In this document: in pieces, positions 23,343 to 37,901 of the stretch
Position numbering within the stretch: the first letter of the stretch is position 1
Layout: each line of letters begins with the position of its first letter
Assembly: GCA_907165135.1 (NCBI GenBank)
Contig: OU015569.1
Location: forward strand, 9,610,001 to 9,674,000
Length of the DNA stretch: 64,000 nt
Source: Oikopleura dioica
Taxonomy: Eukaryota > Animalia > Chordata
Reading direction: 5' to 3'
Notes under the pieces: model-generated
Databases searched by the model: none
What the model saw: the letters and a program-made list of their open reading frames with translations, nothing else
What the model was told of the DNA's origin: nothing
Translations under genes and position numbers: made by a program

Positions 23343-25806
23343 ATGGCGCCGCGGCCCCTCTCTCTTCTCAAGCTTCTTGCCTTTTTCGTCATCCTTTCTG
23401 TTCTCTACACAGGCTATATCTTCAAGGATGGTTTTATAAATCTGACAAATATCTATCCAAAAACTATCCGCTCCTCAGGCGGTCTTTTTCGACTCCAATC
23501 GCTCGAGCCAATCATCAAAAAAAGCAAAAGCTTAGTAAAAGAAGTCAACTAAGTGCCAATTATGTCCTAGAAATAGTTTTCGATCGCTTTTTTTATAAAA
23601 CTATCAACAGTCGCTTACTTTTCGAAGACGATCTTCTCTTTCCTACGACTCCAAGAACTTCTATCTCGGAGAAGAAGCGAGCCAACTTCTATCAGGCTCT
23701 GTTCACTACTTCAGAATTCCGAAGGAAAGGATCTCGATTAATGATTTTCGGCCTTCTTGATCAGTTTGTGATTCCCGATAAAGAAATACTGGCACGATCG
23801 ACTGGCGAAAGTGAAATCGGCGGGCCTAAACGGAGTGACAACGTATGTGCCCTGGAATCTGCATGAGCCGGAGCCTGGCGAGTTTCACTTCTCCGGCGAC
23901 TTGGACCTTGTTCACTTTATCAACGTAGCAAGAGCTCTTGATCTATTCGTGATTCTTAGGCCTGGGCCTTACATTTGCTCGGAGCTGGAGTGGGGAGGCC
24001 TCCCTGCATGGCTTCTCAGGGACTCATTTATGAAGGTGCGGACAAATTACCCGGGCTACATTAGCGCAGTCAAACGCTATTTCGCCGAGCTTCTCCCTCT
24101 TGTCAAATACCAGCAGTCCAAGTACGGTGGGCCGATCATAGCCGTGCAGGTCGAAAATGAATACGGACTGTACGCTGGCCAAGACCCCAACCACTTGAAT
24201 ACCCTTGCAGGACTTTTAAAAAACGAAGGCATCGTTGAGCCACTGTTCACCTCAGACGGGTCGAGTGTTTGGGAAAGCGAGAAGAGCACCATTTACGAAG
24301 ATGGACTGAAAAGTGTGAATTTCAAAAGCAACCCAGAAAAACACTTGAAATTATTGCGGGGGCATTTTCCAGATCAGCCACTCTGGGTGATGGAGTACTG
24401 GGCCGGTTGGTTCGACTGGTGGGGCGAAGGGCGCAATCTCTTCGACACGAGCGAATTCACAAGGAATCTCGATATCATATTAGACCAGAAGGCGTCCGTC
24501 AACTTTTACATGTTTCATGGTGGCACTAATTTTGGTTTCACTAATGGTGGTCTTACTATTGCCAGGTATTTGTATAGTTTAAAGTGTAAATTAAAGAGTT
24601 TATTCAGAGGGTATTACACAGCGGATGTGACGAGCTATGATTACGATTGCCCGATTTCAGAATCGGGGGCTTATGGAGAGAAATTTTACGCTATACGGGA
24701 GAGCTTAGTGTCACACGGATTTCCCGTGCCAGAAGTCTACCGCTCATCTATCACCAAGCCGAGAAGTTATAAACCACTGGAATACAAAGACGGATTTTTT
24801 AGTTTATGGGATATGCTTCACCTTGGTGCGTACAAATACATCAAACACTTAAAAACACTCAATTAGTTGAAAACGCAACTCTAAACGAGCCAATGCCGAT
24901 GGAAATAGTGAGCTATCCGAATGCGATCGGACAAAGTTATGGCTACATTTTCTACGAAATGAACGTTGATTGTGCGAAGAGTGGCGATGTTGTCGTATCT
25001 GGGCTGAAAACAAGACTGCGAGGACGAGCTCATTTCTATCTCAACAGGAATGAGGTTGGGAAGCCTATTCTTTACGAAGACGAAGGAAAGGTTAAATATC
25101 TGCCAATATGGAGCATAAAACTTAAAAAATATGCTCTGGATTATATTTAACCGGAGCTAGCCTCAACGCAGCAAGATAGCTCCTCGTGGGAGGTTATTCA
25201 TTCGTCAGAAATGTCCTTCGATCTTGGAATCTTAGTCGAGAACCCAGGCCGCGTCAACTTCGACAATATCTACGGCTTAGATGGGCAATACAAGGGGTTG
25301 CTAGGAAATATCGTTCTTTCGGGCTCTGCTGGTTGTAAATTCAAAGGGCAAGGCGTATCCGCTTTTCGCTTGGATATGAACTCAACAACGATAGCACAAT
25401 CAACAAGGAGAACGGGGCGCTGGCGAGAACGGCCCGGCTTGCACAAATTTACACTTCATCTCCGACACGAGGCACACGATACTTTCGTCGATCCAGTATC
25501 TTCGGGCTTTAGAAAAGGAGTCGTTTTCGTGAATGAGCGCAACTTGGGGCGCTATTGGGAAATTGGCCCACAGAAGGTAACATTTACCTTTCAATTACCA
25601 TTTTCAAAGCTCTAATGAGCTCAAATGAGCCTCGCTAGTATAAACTGACATGAAATCTTTAGACGTTGTATTTGCCAGGTCCATGGCTTCGCTCCGGCGC
25701 TAACGAGATTATTGTCTTTGATGAGTATCCTCAGCAAGAAGCTCCAAAAGTGTTGATCTTTAAAGATGCCCCTGATCTTGGCGTCAAAAATGACAGAGAC
25801 CCCTAA
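23343..25806 (+). CDS. Beta-galactosidase, glycoside hydrolase family 35 (GLB1/GLB1L-like), with an N-terminal signal/anchor
   Basis: SGSVHYFRIP, TYVPWNLHEPEPGEF, LRPGPYICSELEWGGLPAWL, GGPIIAVQVENEYG, MEYWAGWFDWWG, NFYMFHGGTNFG, TSYDYDCP, LVENPGRVNF, KGVVFVNERNLGRYWEIGPQ. Confidence 0.95.
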
Positions 25807-25979
25807 CTTAGGGACAGAAAACAACAAGCTTATCTATCACTGCATATTCAACTTTTTCATTGCTACAGTTCGAAATCTATTATACAATCAGTTCTGCTTT
25901 AAATTCAATAAAACAAAGAAAAGCAAGTTTTGTGCAGTATGTCCAATACATTTATTTATAACTTGTGCATAATTTTCTT

Positions 25980-28929
25980 TAGATTTTTTTCGAATTTTGT
26001 CGAGCATATCAGCAGCGAAGGCGGTAGCTTTTCTGTCTTGTGTTTTTCGGAATTTCGTTTGGCTCGTAGGGTCACAGGATATTTACATTATGTTACTTAC
26101 CGGCCCATGTCATTAAGAATACGAATAATTGAAAAATTTTAAATTTTCTGAAATTGTTTGAAATCTGAAAAGAGAAAAGAAAAATTTGGGCGTTTGGTGG
26201 CGAAAGAGACTGGCGAGGAAGGATGCATCATCGATTGCTCTTCAATGGTAGACGGTTCTTTCCATCTCAAGAACGTTGCCTAAAAGGGCGTAAGAATTTC
26301 GACCTAGCTTTGACAGAATGGAACCCCCAATTGACGGGCTCAATTTCACCTAATGCGATCCACCTGAACGCTAACTGTTCAAGCCCTTCAATATTCGAAT
26401 GAATCTCTGTCAAACGAACTCTAATAATTCTGGCTCGTTGAACTTTTTGTCCATGTTCGGCTTAAATGTGGTCTGCTTCTTGCTAGGCACTCGAAATTCA
26501 ATTTCCGAGCAACTGCGCGAATGTCAAATCTCGGCGGCAAATAAGACACTTGATGCTTTCATTCTTTTCCCAACGCTTTACAAAGCCCCTTAGAATATGC
26601 CGCCTCAAGTTCAACCTTTATGATTAAGCTATTCGAATCGCCAGGATACACATAATTTGCAGCTTAGGAACAGGACCTGTCGGCCGTGCTAGAACCCGCC
26701 AAGCTACCGCAAATAAAATATTGTGTCAGTACCGTTATCGTCGAAGTTCCATCCGGTTTGGAGGTAGAATGGATAAGCCCGTTCAGGCAGCACATAGTCG
26801 ATCGATGCCAAATCTCGTTCTGTCCGGCGCAGGAAAAGGCGATTTTGCTAAAAAATACGTTAATAGATATTTTCGGGTTGTTTTTTAATCTTCTGGACTC
26901 ATAGTTTAGTAATACAGTGCTTCCAAAGACTCGAACGACAGTGGAATGTACAATTCATCCCACGCGGTTTTCAAGTTGGACGCTTGTGGATAGGCGTACG
27001 TCTTGCGGTCGAGCTTTATCTCTGCAATATGCCTCGTCAAACATTTCGACCTGCAACTGTCCAAACAGTTTTTTCCTTCTTTATCAGTAAACGATGGCGA
27101 CTCTATCGGGTGCTTGTCCTGTTCAAAGGATTTTCTAAAAGCCGGACATTGGAGTGTTTTTCTTTTAAAAAATCGCAATTTGTGTTGTTATGGAATAAGA
27201 AACCGAAAATGGATTTGAGCTCGGGTGAGGTTTCGGCGGTGAGGTTACGGCAAACGTGGCGCGGTAGCCTAAGTCGAAACACTTAATCAAGTTGCTGCTC
27301 TGGTCGAAGCATCCGGTTTGAAATCGGCCGTCTTAGAAGCTGACCACAAACACCGGGAGGCTAAATCAATCACACGAAATCGGAAGCAACGACAAAGACA
27401 TTCGACCGTACTAGCAAAGCCAGATCCGAGCTAGTCCAATAAGTGGATCAGCGTTTTCAGCGCTCAATTCAAAACGATACCGAAACACAAAGAGGCTTCA
27501 GTCATTTCGGAGTCAAATGTCAGTTCCGATTAGAAATGTCGGTCTCAATCGCAAGGTGACATTCTCGCTTGCGGCTAAGGCTTTCCTCATACGTAACGTG
27601 CGTTTTTTCACCTCATCTGCTTTTTCCCCGGCAATGTTTATACACAATTTGTTTGTTATTTGGTTCATGTCAGAAGTTATCGTTCGCGGTGTAAATATTT
27701 TCGCTCTTCAATAACGTGGTGCGAAACACGTTCCCAATAAATAAATTCTGGACCGCTAGCTTCAATTAACCGCCCATGCAATTAATAATCATCGCTTATC
27801 CACGAAAGTAGTATGTGTCTTTTCTTTCTTTAAAATCGCCACTTTTGCGACGCATTTGCTGTCGCTGAGAAGAAAAATATAGACTCATGCGAATAGCAAC
27901 CGCATTCTTTACATCTCGCTAGACCTTGAATTTTGTTCTAGTCTGATCGGAGATTAGGTTATTATGCGAGAAGATTCCTTTGATTTTTTCATAAATTTAA
28001 CCAAATTCATGTTTTCTCAGAAGCTGTGTTAATCGAAAAGCCGCGAAAATGAGCGACGTTGAAGAACAAGGTTTCAGATTTACGAAGAAAAGTAAAGACG
28101 ATTTTTTGCAGAGAAAAATAATTGCTACAAGCTTAAACAGCAGTCCTTGTGGACACACGCAAAAGTAAAGCAAAGCAAAACGTAACATAATTACCATTTT
28201 TAGTTGCATTTATGTTTTGCGTCTTTAAAAAAAGCTGCTGCTGCTGATTACATATAATTAGAAACGAACTTGGGCACAACCCCTGTTAGAAATGTTTGTT
28301 TAGCTACTTAAAGTATCTTTGAAAAAAAAATCTCAAAGTTTGGTAAATACTGACTAAAAATGACTAAAATAGGCGACTTTTTTGCTGATTCATTCGAAAT
28401 AGTACTTGCTCTCCATTTCGGGACTTTTTGACCTTTTCTTAAAAGCTTTCAATTTCAATTTCAAATTAGCTAATTCCTGAGTAGACGCTTTTTTCCATCG
28501 GAAGAAAGGATCCCTCTTAGTAATGAGAATCTTGTTATCATGAGGAGTGATGTTTACTCCACGACAGATAAGTACGTTCATCCCCTATTTTTCTAATAAT
28601 AATTACACTCGCTCCACACGGCAAAGAAGACCACAGCTTTATTTTGCTCTTGATAACAATTGAGAAACGACCTTTCAAAATTCTGTTTAGGGGGTTGGTT
28701 ATCATGTAACTTAGCAGAAAACGAGTCAAAAGATGAATATTCAGAATGCGCAAGTAAGTACCTGTTGGGTAGTGTGCGAATTGAGGTGAACTGCCAAGTA
28801 GAGACAAACGCCGAGCATGATGGACACCCAGAGCTTGGGAATTCTGTATGGCCGGGGTGATCTCCCCTTCACTCGCACAGGAATGTGTCTGACAGACCAT
28901 TCACGAGCTTCGTAGTTCTTCTCCATCAT
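25980..28929 (-). CDS. Poorly resolved multi-exon gene(s) of unknown function
   Basis: Exon-like segments with GT/AG borders: 28929-28762 (hydrophobic LWVSIMLGVCLYLAVHL followed by gtactt), ORF 26906-27178, and a SOCS-box-like VPKLQIMCILAIR near 26640-26680. I could not assemble a clean frame. Confidence 0.3.
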
Positions 28930-31199
28930 CTTTCTGTGTTTCTCTTTTTTATCAAAAAAGCAACACGATCGTCTTGTTCAACTTGACTTCTTTCTCTCTA
29001 TCTTTCTTTCCAGGGCAAAAAAAGAGACTTCACAAACTAAGGCAAAAAAGACGAGAATCAGAGTGACTTGCCGCGTCCGTGGCCGCTGTGGTGGAGGTGG
29101 CGCGACCGCGCGAGGCGCTCCATGCTCTTTTTCTTTCTAGCAAAAATAAACCTTTTTGATGCACTAAATTATCAAAAATAGGCAAAATTTTACTCGTTCT
29201 TTGAGAACAAACTGAGACAATTGTTTCTCATGTGGATAATGGTCCACTGTGAATGGAGCTAAAAGTTCTTTTCGGAAAATGACAAGAATGATAGATAAAA
29301 ATTAAATTTACCATTTGTATTTTGAAACAATCAAGTCTCGTAAAAAGGTTGTTTCAAAATTTATAAGTCGCAGACAAATTTGAAAAATTTTGGTGATTTA
29401 CGACTTTTGTAATTCTAGCTTTGCGCGTGTGCATAAAATACATTATTTTTGGAGCAAATACTGACTCGCTTAAAAACAAATCTTATTTTAGCTCAAACAT
29501 GTTTCAGTATTTATGTTACGTCGGATTGAACACGGATAAGAATCTCCCTCGCAGAAGAAAATTATACTTTCGTGAAAAAAATTAAGCTGCTCGTTCAAAA
29601 ACTGACTAAAGTTCTCGGAACTGAAGCGCGTTGGGGTTAGGGTTGAGAAGGAGAAAGCTGAAAACTACAAAAAAACGAATTCGTGAATACTCAAAAGGCT
29701 CCAGCATCTCGAAAAGTTGGAATGTTTTCACGAGCCAGATAGTTCAATTCAAAAACCAACGTGCGCCAGAATTTACAATGAAAACATCGAAATCGAAATC
29801 GGCGTCTTCAAAAAAACTAAATTTTTGACTAACTCTATCCACATGAAAATTGCCAGATTGAAATAAAATATTCCTCGATTCGAAAGCTAACATTTCAAAA
29901 CGTCAATATACTTAGTTTCTAAGCGTAACTTTGCCACGTGCACCTCCGTCAAAATTGTCACTCCTTATCAAAAACACCGCCCTTCCCTAGATTTTTAAAG
30001 ACTATTTTTCTGAAAAAAAAAATAAAAGTCCCAAGTTCGCTTTTGTTTTGTCGAAGCCCCAAAAAGCGGCTTGTGGATCAAATAATTTGTTAAAAGAAAA
30101 AAATTAAAACGAGCGGCTCTTTTTCACTTTTTAAGCTGGAAGCCGCAAGCGGCTTCTCGTTTTTTCAATATATAAAAATTCTAAAAGCGGGAAAAATAGC
30201 TAAGAAGAGTGGTATATTTTGGATTCGTGCGATCGTGACAGCTGCGAATTTTTTTCATTTCATTTTGATTGAAATTCTTCAATCCAAGGAATCGAGAGAT
30301 CATCTTGCAGGCGTGGTTCCGGAGTCCTTTCATTATTCATTAGCAGAGGCTTTCATCTTTTTGCTTCACGCAAGATGACGCGCTGCAACATTTTGTCAAC
30401 AGGTTTCTAGTTCTAAACTCTCCGTATCGCTTATTTGAACCAAAAATAGACCTTCAACAACGCGTCTTATTTTCCAGCAGAAGACAACTTATAAACTATG
30501 CGATTTCATGAAAGGCAAACGGGTTTTTCTTTCAAGAGAAAATGCTAGCTTTCATTTTTGAAAGCTCTTGAATTCGTGAAAGAGTGAGTCTGAATTACTA
30601 TCTAGTCCAAGGAGATTCCTAGAGACATTTTTCCGTGGAGCTCTTGATAATCAGACGCAAATTTAAGAGAAATTCAGAAACTTAGAATTTCTCCGAAACT
30701 TGTTGTTTTCGAGGGTTTGGGCGAGTTGTCGTGGGCCACGACTCGTGGCGAAACTCCTCGAAGCTCGTAAGTTCCACGCGCTGGAATGTTATCGAGACTT
30801 GGCTTCTCTATCTCGTAAATGTGTTCTTTTTGCGTCCCGAGATTTGAAAAATCCGTTTTCAGGAATAGCAAATATTCATCGAAAGAGAGAAAAAATACCC
30901 GCAGAGAAAGCATTTAGTAGTGCTTTCGTATTGTCCGTTGCCTTGACTCAAACCACGTGTGTTTGAAACGGCGAATTTAAGTCGCGGTCAGAGCCTCGCT
31001 GGTCGACTTTTTTGTCCAGTTTGATTTTGCGCACCAGCTTATTTTCGCTAAGTTCACCAAATGACTGTGCGAGTCGAGAAGCTAAGCAACTCTCTGGCAC
31101 GAAAACTTAGATGTTCTCTCGGCTAGATAGAGAGAGCGAGATGATGTGAGCTGATATTCGCTAGAATGGTCGATTCTACGTAAGAATGTCAAGTTTAGA

Positions 31200-33808
31200 T
31201 AGTACAAGTGTGGACAAAGTGCTGCCAGCGCGCTGTGGCTACTGAGCTATTCCCTCCAAGATTCTAGCGACAGGTGTGGCGGCGTCCAGGATTATCGGCG
31301 GAGACGTAGCCATGGGCCGCAATTCTTATGTAACACCTTTGATGTGCGTCAGTTAACATGGCCTGTCGGAATTGCGATCCGCTTCTAAGTTGAGCCGCAC
31401 TCAGAGCCGCACATCGTCTCTTTGCAGCAATCAAGCCACGGATCTAAACATCGTATTACTTAACAAACGCACTAAGAGCTCTGTCGATCCAGTGTTTCAG
31501 CCAGGTGCCATGAAGTTTCAATACGATGTGTTTATTTTCTAGCTTGGCGCACGTTCTCACTTTTGCGGCGGCTCAATACTCGCTCCAGAGTGGATTCTTA
31601 CGGCTGCTCACTGCTACAAGTCTGAGTCAAACGATATACGGGATTATATTGCACCTTGCGCGCATTAATCACCTCTGAAAAAGCAATTTTAACTCTGACT
31701 TAGTAGATAGCTCTGCCCTTGAATTCATGCATTAATCCCTCTCAGTGTAAGATTTAATTACTTCAGTTGCTTTTCTTCAAATTCTTCTTCAGGAGCTACG
31801 ATCGGTTGCACGTTGTTGCCGGTCTTCACAAGAAAAGAGCTAAAAGTATTTTTTTTTGTGTTGGATTCTAGGACAATTCTTACTAATTTGAAGATATAAA
31901 TAGCTCGTTATTAGCTTTGGATGTAACATTTTTCAGACACGAATTTATTCCGCGGCTTATTATGATATTTTCGTTTGAAACATGGTCACTATAGTAAAAT
32001 ATTAACTCAATTCACGTTTTAGGGATATAACGTGAGTCAAAATAAACAACTTTAGCTACTAGTACTTAGGAATGCTTGATTAGGAACAGTTACAAAAGTA
32101 CGAATTGTGTGCTTTGAGTCCATTCCAGCTAACTTTAGATAGCGAGCGCGGCGAATTAAAGTTACATCCGCGTTTGTAGGTGAATGACTCCGGAATTTGC
32201 GAAACAACTGTTTCAAAATTCATCCGCCATCCAAACTATGCCACGGATATTAGTTGCAGTGCCGACGTTTATCCCAAATAAATGTCGCGTGCGCGTTTTC
32301 CATCCCAGTCGAAAATAGAACAACTCGGTCATTCCACTGTTTTATGAGAAAAGTTTTAATTTGCGGCGGGAGAGAGTCTATTAGACATTCGTCATTATTC
32401 CTCCGCTATCTTAATGGACTGGTCCAGTTAATTGACAGTGGGAATTGTCCAGCGCGACTCGATAAGATAAGTCATTCGAATTTAATCGTCATGTTGAAAC
32501 AAGATTTAGCTGCGTTTTTCTAAATCGAAGATTTGTTCTATCCATAAATGTCCATCTTGTTCATGCAACTTATTATAACGTAAACACGTTTTCTTGGCCA
32601 TAAATTCGCGTTACTGCAGTAAGCTGAATATCCGTTCAAGATTCAAGAAACTTCAAAGGCGACATTTCACTCATCAAGGAGAGCTCTCTTTTATTCGAAA
32701 ATAAACTTGATAAATTACTTTGAAAGAGCAGAAAATAGACACGTGACTATTTATCCTTCTCGGATAACGTGAAGCCTATTTCGTGGCCTGCACAAAAGGA
32801 CGCGTTTTGGACAGATGAATTGGAAGCAACCGTCCGTGTATGTGGCTGGGGGAAGGAAATAGGGTTTTTTAAATCGTAAATCTTTATATGAACAATATGA
32901 AACCTCCCAAAGACTCAAGTACGTCCGGAAGTCTACCCAGAAGAACTAAACTGTGTTGACGTTGATCTTGTTGACAGGTTAGAATTTAGATCATAGAAGA
33001 TGAGATTTAAACTTCGTGTAATTTGCGCAACAAATTCATTTAGTGAGTATTGCAACTCCGTGATATCGTACTCTGGTTGGGTCTACGAGGGAATGTTCTG
33101 CGCAGGGGTGATGCCAGACGGGGGTAAAGACGCTTGCCAGGGCGATTCAGGTGCGTTCAATCAAGAGAGTAGACCTCGAATTTCGAATCTTTCTTTTAAC
33201 ATTTTTGTCGTATTCGATTTAGCAAATTGACCGATTTATTAGGAGGTCCAGTTAGAATGGACGACAAAGTAATTGGAGTGACATCTTGGGGCCTCGGCTG
33301 CGCGCAGGTAAATATATTCTTTTATTCAAATCTCTACTTAATAGATACATACGGTATGTAACATACCAAAAAGAACAGGATTCATGAGTCATGAGTCATG
33401 TTCGTTGAAAGATTAAAGTTACTGTAATAGAACTCCGACTAAGCGCAAAAGGGTCTTTGGCTCAATGCCGTTTCCATAATTCTAATCGATCGATTTAGAA
33501 GTTAGTTAGTACTGAAAATGCAATATTTCGTAGTCAATATCCTCCGAAAATGTCAATTTTAAAGACGGCAACGGCGACTTAGAGACGGCCAGTGGTATTA
33601 TCAGATCTTATGAATGTTATACTTTAAGTTAGCAACTTAGAGACCGTCTCTTTTTTCAGCCACATAAAATGCTCGGCTGCTTTCTTCAGTTTCAAATTGC
33701 GCCTGAAAGTTCATTTCTTCCAATTTATTTAAGGCTTTCCTCCCTGGTGTGTATACCGATGTGGGCTTTTACAGTACCTGGCTGGGCGACATTATGAACC
33801 AGTATTGA
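31200..33808 (+). CDS. Trypsin-like serine protease (family S1), many exons; start not resolved
   Basis: Activation site R-IIGG, then [59 protein letters not shown] and PGVYTDV. The catalytic triad and the Asp189-type pocket are intact. TGA at 33806-33808. Confidence 0.92.
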
Positions 33809-33970
33809 AAAATAACTGTCATACTGTATTCTACGCTTGAAACAAGAACCTTTCTTCCAAAAAGAATATTGTGATATTTTATTTGTTGTATTACTATTCA
33901 TCGTAACTTTATTTGAACAGTGAGATTTCAAAAGAAAAGGTGATCATTTTAATTGATGTTCGAGAAGCTT

Positions 33971-36920
33971 TTAAATCGATTGCTGAGCGATTAAAGTCTC
34001 TTCGTCTCTTGAGGATATTTGGCGTTCTCCTGGCGGAATATTTTGACGGGGATTGTTGAACTGCCGTGAGCAGATCCAGCGTTTGATGGCGGCACCAAGT
34101 TCCTCAGAAAGAAAACAAACTAGTACCGCTACTATTAACATGGATCGAGACAATCTTATCAGCAAAGAAAATAGTTTCCTTCCAGAGCGCCGCGAGGCGA
34201 TGAACTTTTGAAATCAAAAGTTGGAACATTGGAAGTTTATCCACTTTCCTACGAGCCCATGTGAAGCAGTGAAAACTACAGAAAGAATCTGTGTAATTCT
34301 ATTTGACTTGAGCAGCGCTCAAAAAAGGTTTCGATGGCATCTTATTTTTCTGAGTCGCGTGGCTGATTAGAAATGTTCTTCAAGAAGGTACAATTACTCG
34401 AAGAACCCCCTCTTCGTCGAAACCCTTCCTAAAATTGAATATTGTACGCCAAGGAGCGGCAGCAAAGTGAAGAACGCTTTTCCGGTTTTTGGGACGTAGA
34501 AGGTGTAATTTTCGTTTTAGCTTACTTCACGCTGCTCATGGTACAAAAAGGAAATATGCACATTGCCTAAACCGATAGAATTATGTCACGAAATTATAAA
34601 AAGAGCAAAAACCGGACCTTTGGAGAATTTCGATTTCACGTTCGGCAGGTGTCGATTTGATCTGAGCGTTTTAATAGTCTTGCTGGGGCGAAAAAGTGCT
34701 TACAAAAATTTCCTGGCAAAGTCGCAAACAACTATCACGAAAATTACGGAAGAGATAGACACATTCGTCCAAATAGCGATAAGCAAGAGCTCCTTAAATA
34801 TTCGAGCATGAGACCATAAAACTACCCAAATTCCACTCACCATATCGTGTCCCTCGAGATAACAGAAATTGAGGGAGCCAAGAAGAACTCTCAGCGAAGT
34901 TCGAATCTACGCTCTTGAATAAATAGAAATGTTTTCCTTTTCGAACCCTTCGACTGGAAGAATCCACGAATACACAACGAATGGAGCTCGAAGTGAGAAG
35001 GTCTTAATAGAGTTGAATTAAAAGAAATTGATAGGAGATCGCGGCGGATCATCGTCTGCTTGAGATCGAGCGATCATCCATCGAACTTGATTTTTGCCCT
35101 AGCAGTGTCGCTTACCAATTTCCAGGCGAGCGCCAAAAAGTGCACCCCTTCGCACACAAGCCAATGGAAGCAGCAGATAATCGACGTTCCTTGGAGTGCA
35201 GAGAGAGATTTTTTAACCCGTCGACAAAAATAGAATTCGCAATAATTAATTATTGAAAATCTCTGCCAATAAAGAATCGCTACGGATGCAAAGTTGGTAT
35301 GGAATATTCTTTTTGACGTTTACCTCAATGTACTGCTGATCAACAATCTCCTGCTGAATTGGCAGACATATCGACCTGAAAAAAATTGTCATCGATAATT
35401 TTGTGATGCTATATCAATAATACAATACCTGATGGTATCATAAGTCAACGGCAAGACCTCTTCTCCAAGCATCTTTCCATCCCACGTGCTGGCACGAGAT
35501 TAACTAATAGATTCCTACACGCAATTTTCACAACACATTATTTGGAAATCCCGCGACTGAGATACTCAACTTCGTCTAAAATGAGTCTAATCAATTATCT
35601 CGAAATGTCTAAATTTAAGTTATTTTGACTCTTTCCTTCGAGTACCAGTAGCTGATTTTTGATTTTATCAAATTATTTATCGTCTTGTGATAAAAAATTA
35701 AAATTTCATTTGAAATCCTGACTGGGCGCGGGTCTTCGTGCGAGCCAATATAAAATAACCGAGTAGTAAGACAGCAGAGCGGAAGAAGAACGCGATCAAA
35801 AGGTTGAAGTGCACGAATACACGCGGCGACTTACGCAAAATTACATAAACAGAAATTTTAATCACCTAATTTTAAAATTCACCTCAATGTTGAGAAATGA
35901 GCGCATCAGTACGAGCGCGATGGCAGTTGCAAGAAGAGAACAGAGTGAAATTGAAAGCATCAGTGGAAGAATGATTGAAATCTCTGCTTGACTCTCTTCT
36001 GATTGCAACTCGATTCCAAGGTCGTAGTCTGCGCTCAAAGATGCTTCGTCAAAGGTAAAGCAATCCGGCAGAAGACTTCTATTTACGAAGCTTTCCATGT
36101 CCTCCCAATTTCCACTGCTGGTACATTGTCGAGAGGTCAACTGGAGACTTCCAGAGAAAGATTCGCACGGCACCTCTTGGAAAAGATTCGCATTTATCGA
36201 CTGTAGGACTGTTCATTTTACGAGCAGCTTTGACTTAATCAATAAGTGTTCAAGTTGATGAAATGAACCGATGGCTTCTGAGAGTTTTTTTAGCGTTAAT
36301 TGATAGCGAAAAACTAGATTAAGAACGTAGCTTGGATGTAGTAGTAGATTAGATTAAGAACGTAGCTTAGCCATAATAGAAACAACCCATTCCTTGAAAC
36401 AGAATCCGCTTTCGTAAATAGTTGGACAGGAATCCGGAATATTCGATGCGAGCACGGGCCTCTTATCCATTAAATCAACCAACTTTATTGAATTTTAATT
36501 ATTAAAAAAAAACGTCAGGCAAGTTTATTTGACGTTCACAAATTATTGTTGCGAAAATAAAAAAAGTGACATGAAATTTGGATGTTTCTCAAATTCATTT
36601 TCATTGTTCAGTGAACTTTAGTGTCATTCTGGCCAGTGCGAAAAAACACAATCGGAATTATGCACGTTTAAGAGGCCCGTACTTCTATCGCGGCATCATC
36701 CACTGGCTCGTCGTACGTCAAGGTTCTCAAATTGAACGAGCCTTAAAGGATTTCGCGAAATCCCCGCCGCGCGGAAGATCTGCGTTTGCAACGCCAATTT
36801 TGTATGAAAAGTTCAAGTTTCCGTTTTTCTACTTATTTGATAACCTTTGCTTCAAAGCACCGTTGGATCTGGCTGAGCTGTTCGCAGTAGTAGCTCGCGT
36901 CATCGAATAACGCGTTCTAG
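33971..36920 (-). CDS. Class B (secretin-family) G-protein-coupled receptor; 5' end uncertain
   Basis: Ectodomain cysteine motifs (SCPTIYESGFCF, RQCTSSGNW), TM2 RVFVHFNLLIAFFFR, TM3 FHWLVCEGVHF, TM6 KAFFTLLPLLGVQY, TM7 SHGLV..AVLVCFLSEE. Confidence 0.85.
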
Positions 36921-37901
36921 ACCATCACAATTACAATCTATTACAACTTGCCCGTACTTTCCTGAGTGTTCTTCAGCTGTAGATCCATCTCTTTTAAAGC
37001 AAGAACGAACATCTGGTGAAAACCATGAAGACGAAAGACAGCAGGTGCCCGCGGCTAAACGCACTCGTCTCAGTTCTACGAAAACATTGTTTCTAGCTGA
37101 ACTTATTCTAATTGATAGAATTCGAATTTTTCAGCGTTTATTCAGGTCAAGTAAGATAAAAGATAATTGTGGAGGTCGGGACGGAAGCATCAATATTGTA
37201 AATTCAAAGCTGAATTATTGTGTCGATTCTTATTCTAATGTAAATATATGAATTATAATTTCATCAGCTTCGCTTTACCTCTTTGCTGGCACCAGAAAAG
37301 AAGCGGCTCAGCTCTTGTTTATCAGCGATCACGATTCGGATTTAGCACTTTGGTCACTCCGCTAAGGATCAGCCGGATTCGCTGACCCTCCTTGCTTCAG
37401 CTCAGAACTAAACGATCGTCTAAAGCCAATCACCTCAGTCATTTATGGAAAAGCCTCATTCAGCAAGTAGCACTCACTAGCTACATATTACTTAGATACT
37501 GTACTTTTAGGCGATAAAATAGCATGCAAAAATATCGAATGAATTTGGAATAAAAAAAGGGACACCAGTTTTTAACTACGATTCGTAGTCTACGAATGAT
37601 AGACTCTTTATTGTCGAGAGTCCGGACATCAGGCCATTAATCATTCTGTTTTAAAAGTCCGAATAATTAAGCGACTGCTAATGATAATCAATTGTGTCTT
37701 TATTAGAAAATTGACTGCCATAAAAAGTAAAAGCTTTTTGACGATAAAATTTTGCCTAATCCGATGTGCCTAAACCTCAAGGGCGCCCTCCGCAAGCGCC
37801 TTCTACGCTACAACACTTTATTTCTAAAGGTCATTTTAAGATCATTTTCCACCAAAGTATATTTTTGAAACCTTCTTACCAAAGAGAGAGATATCCGAAA
37901 A

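Noticed and set aside
36315-36370. Short direct duplications (tagattaagaacgtagctt twice; also ggcataatattac twice near 1092)
   Set aside because: Two-copy intronic slippage duplications, not arrays or element ends.
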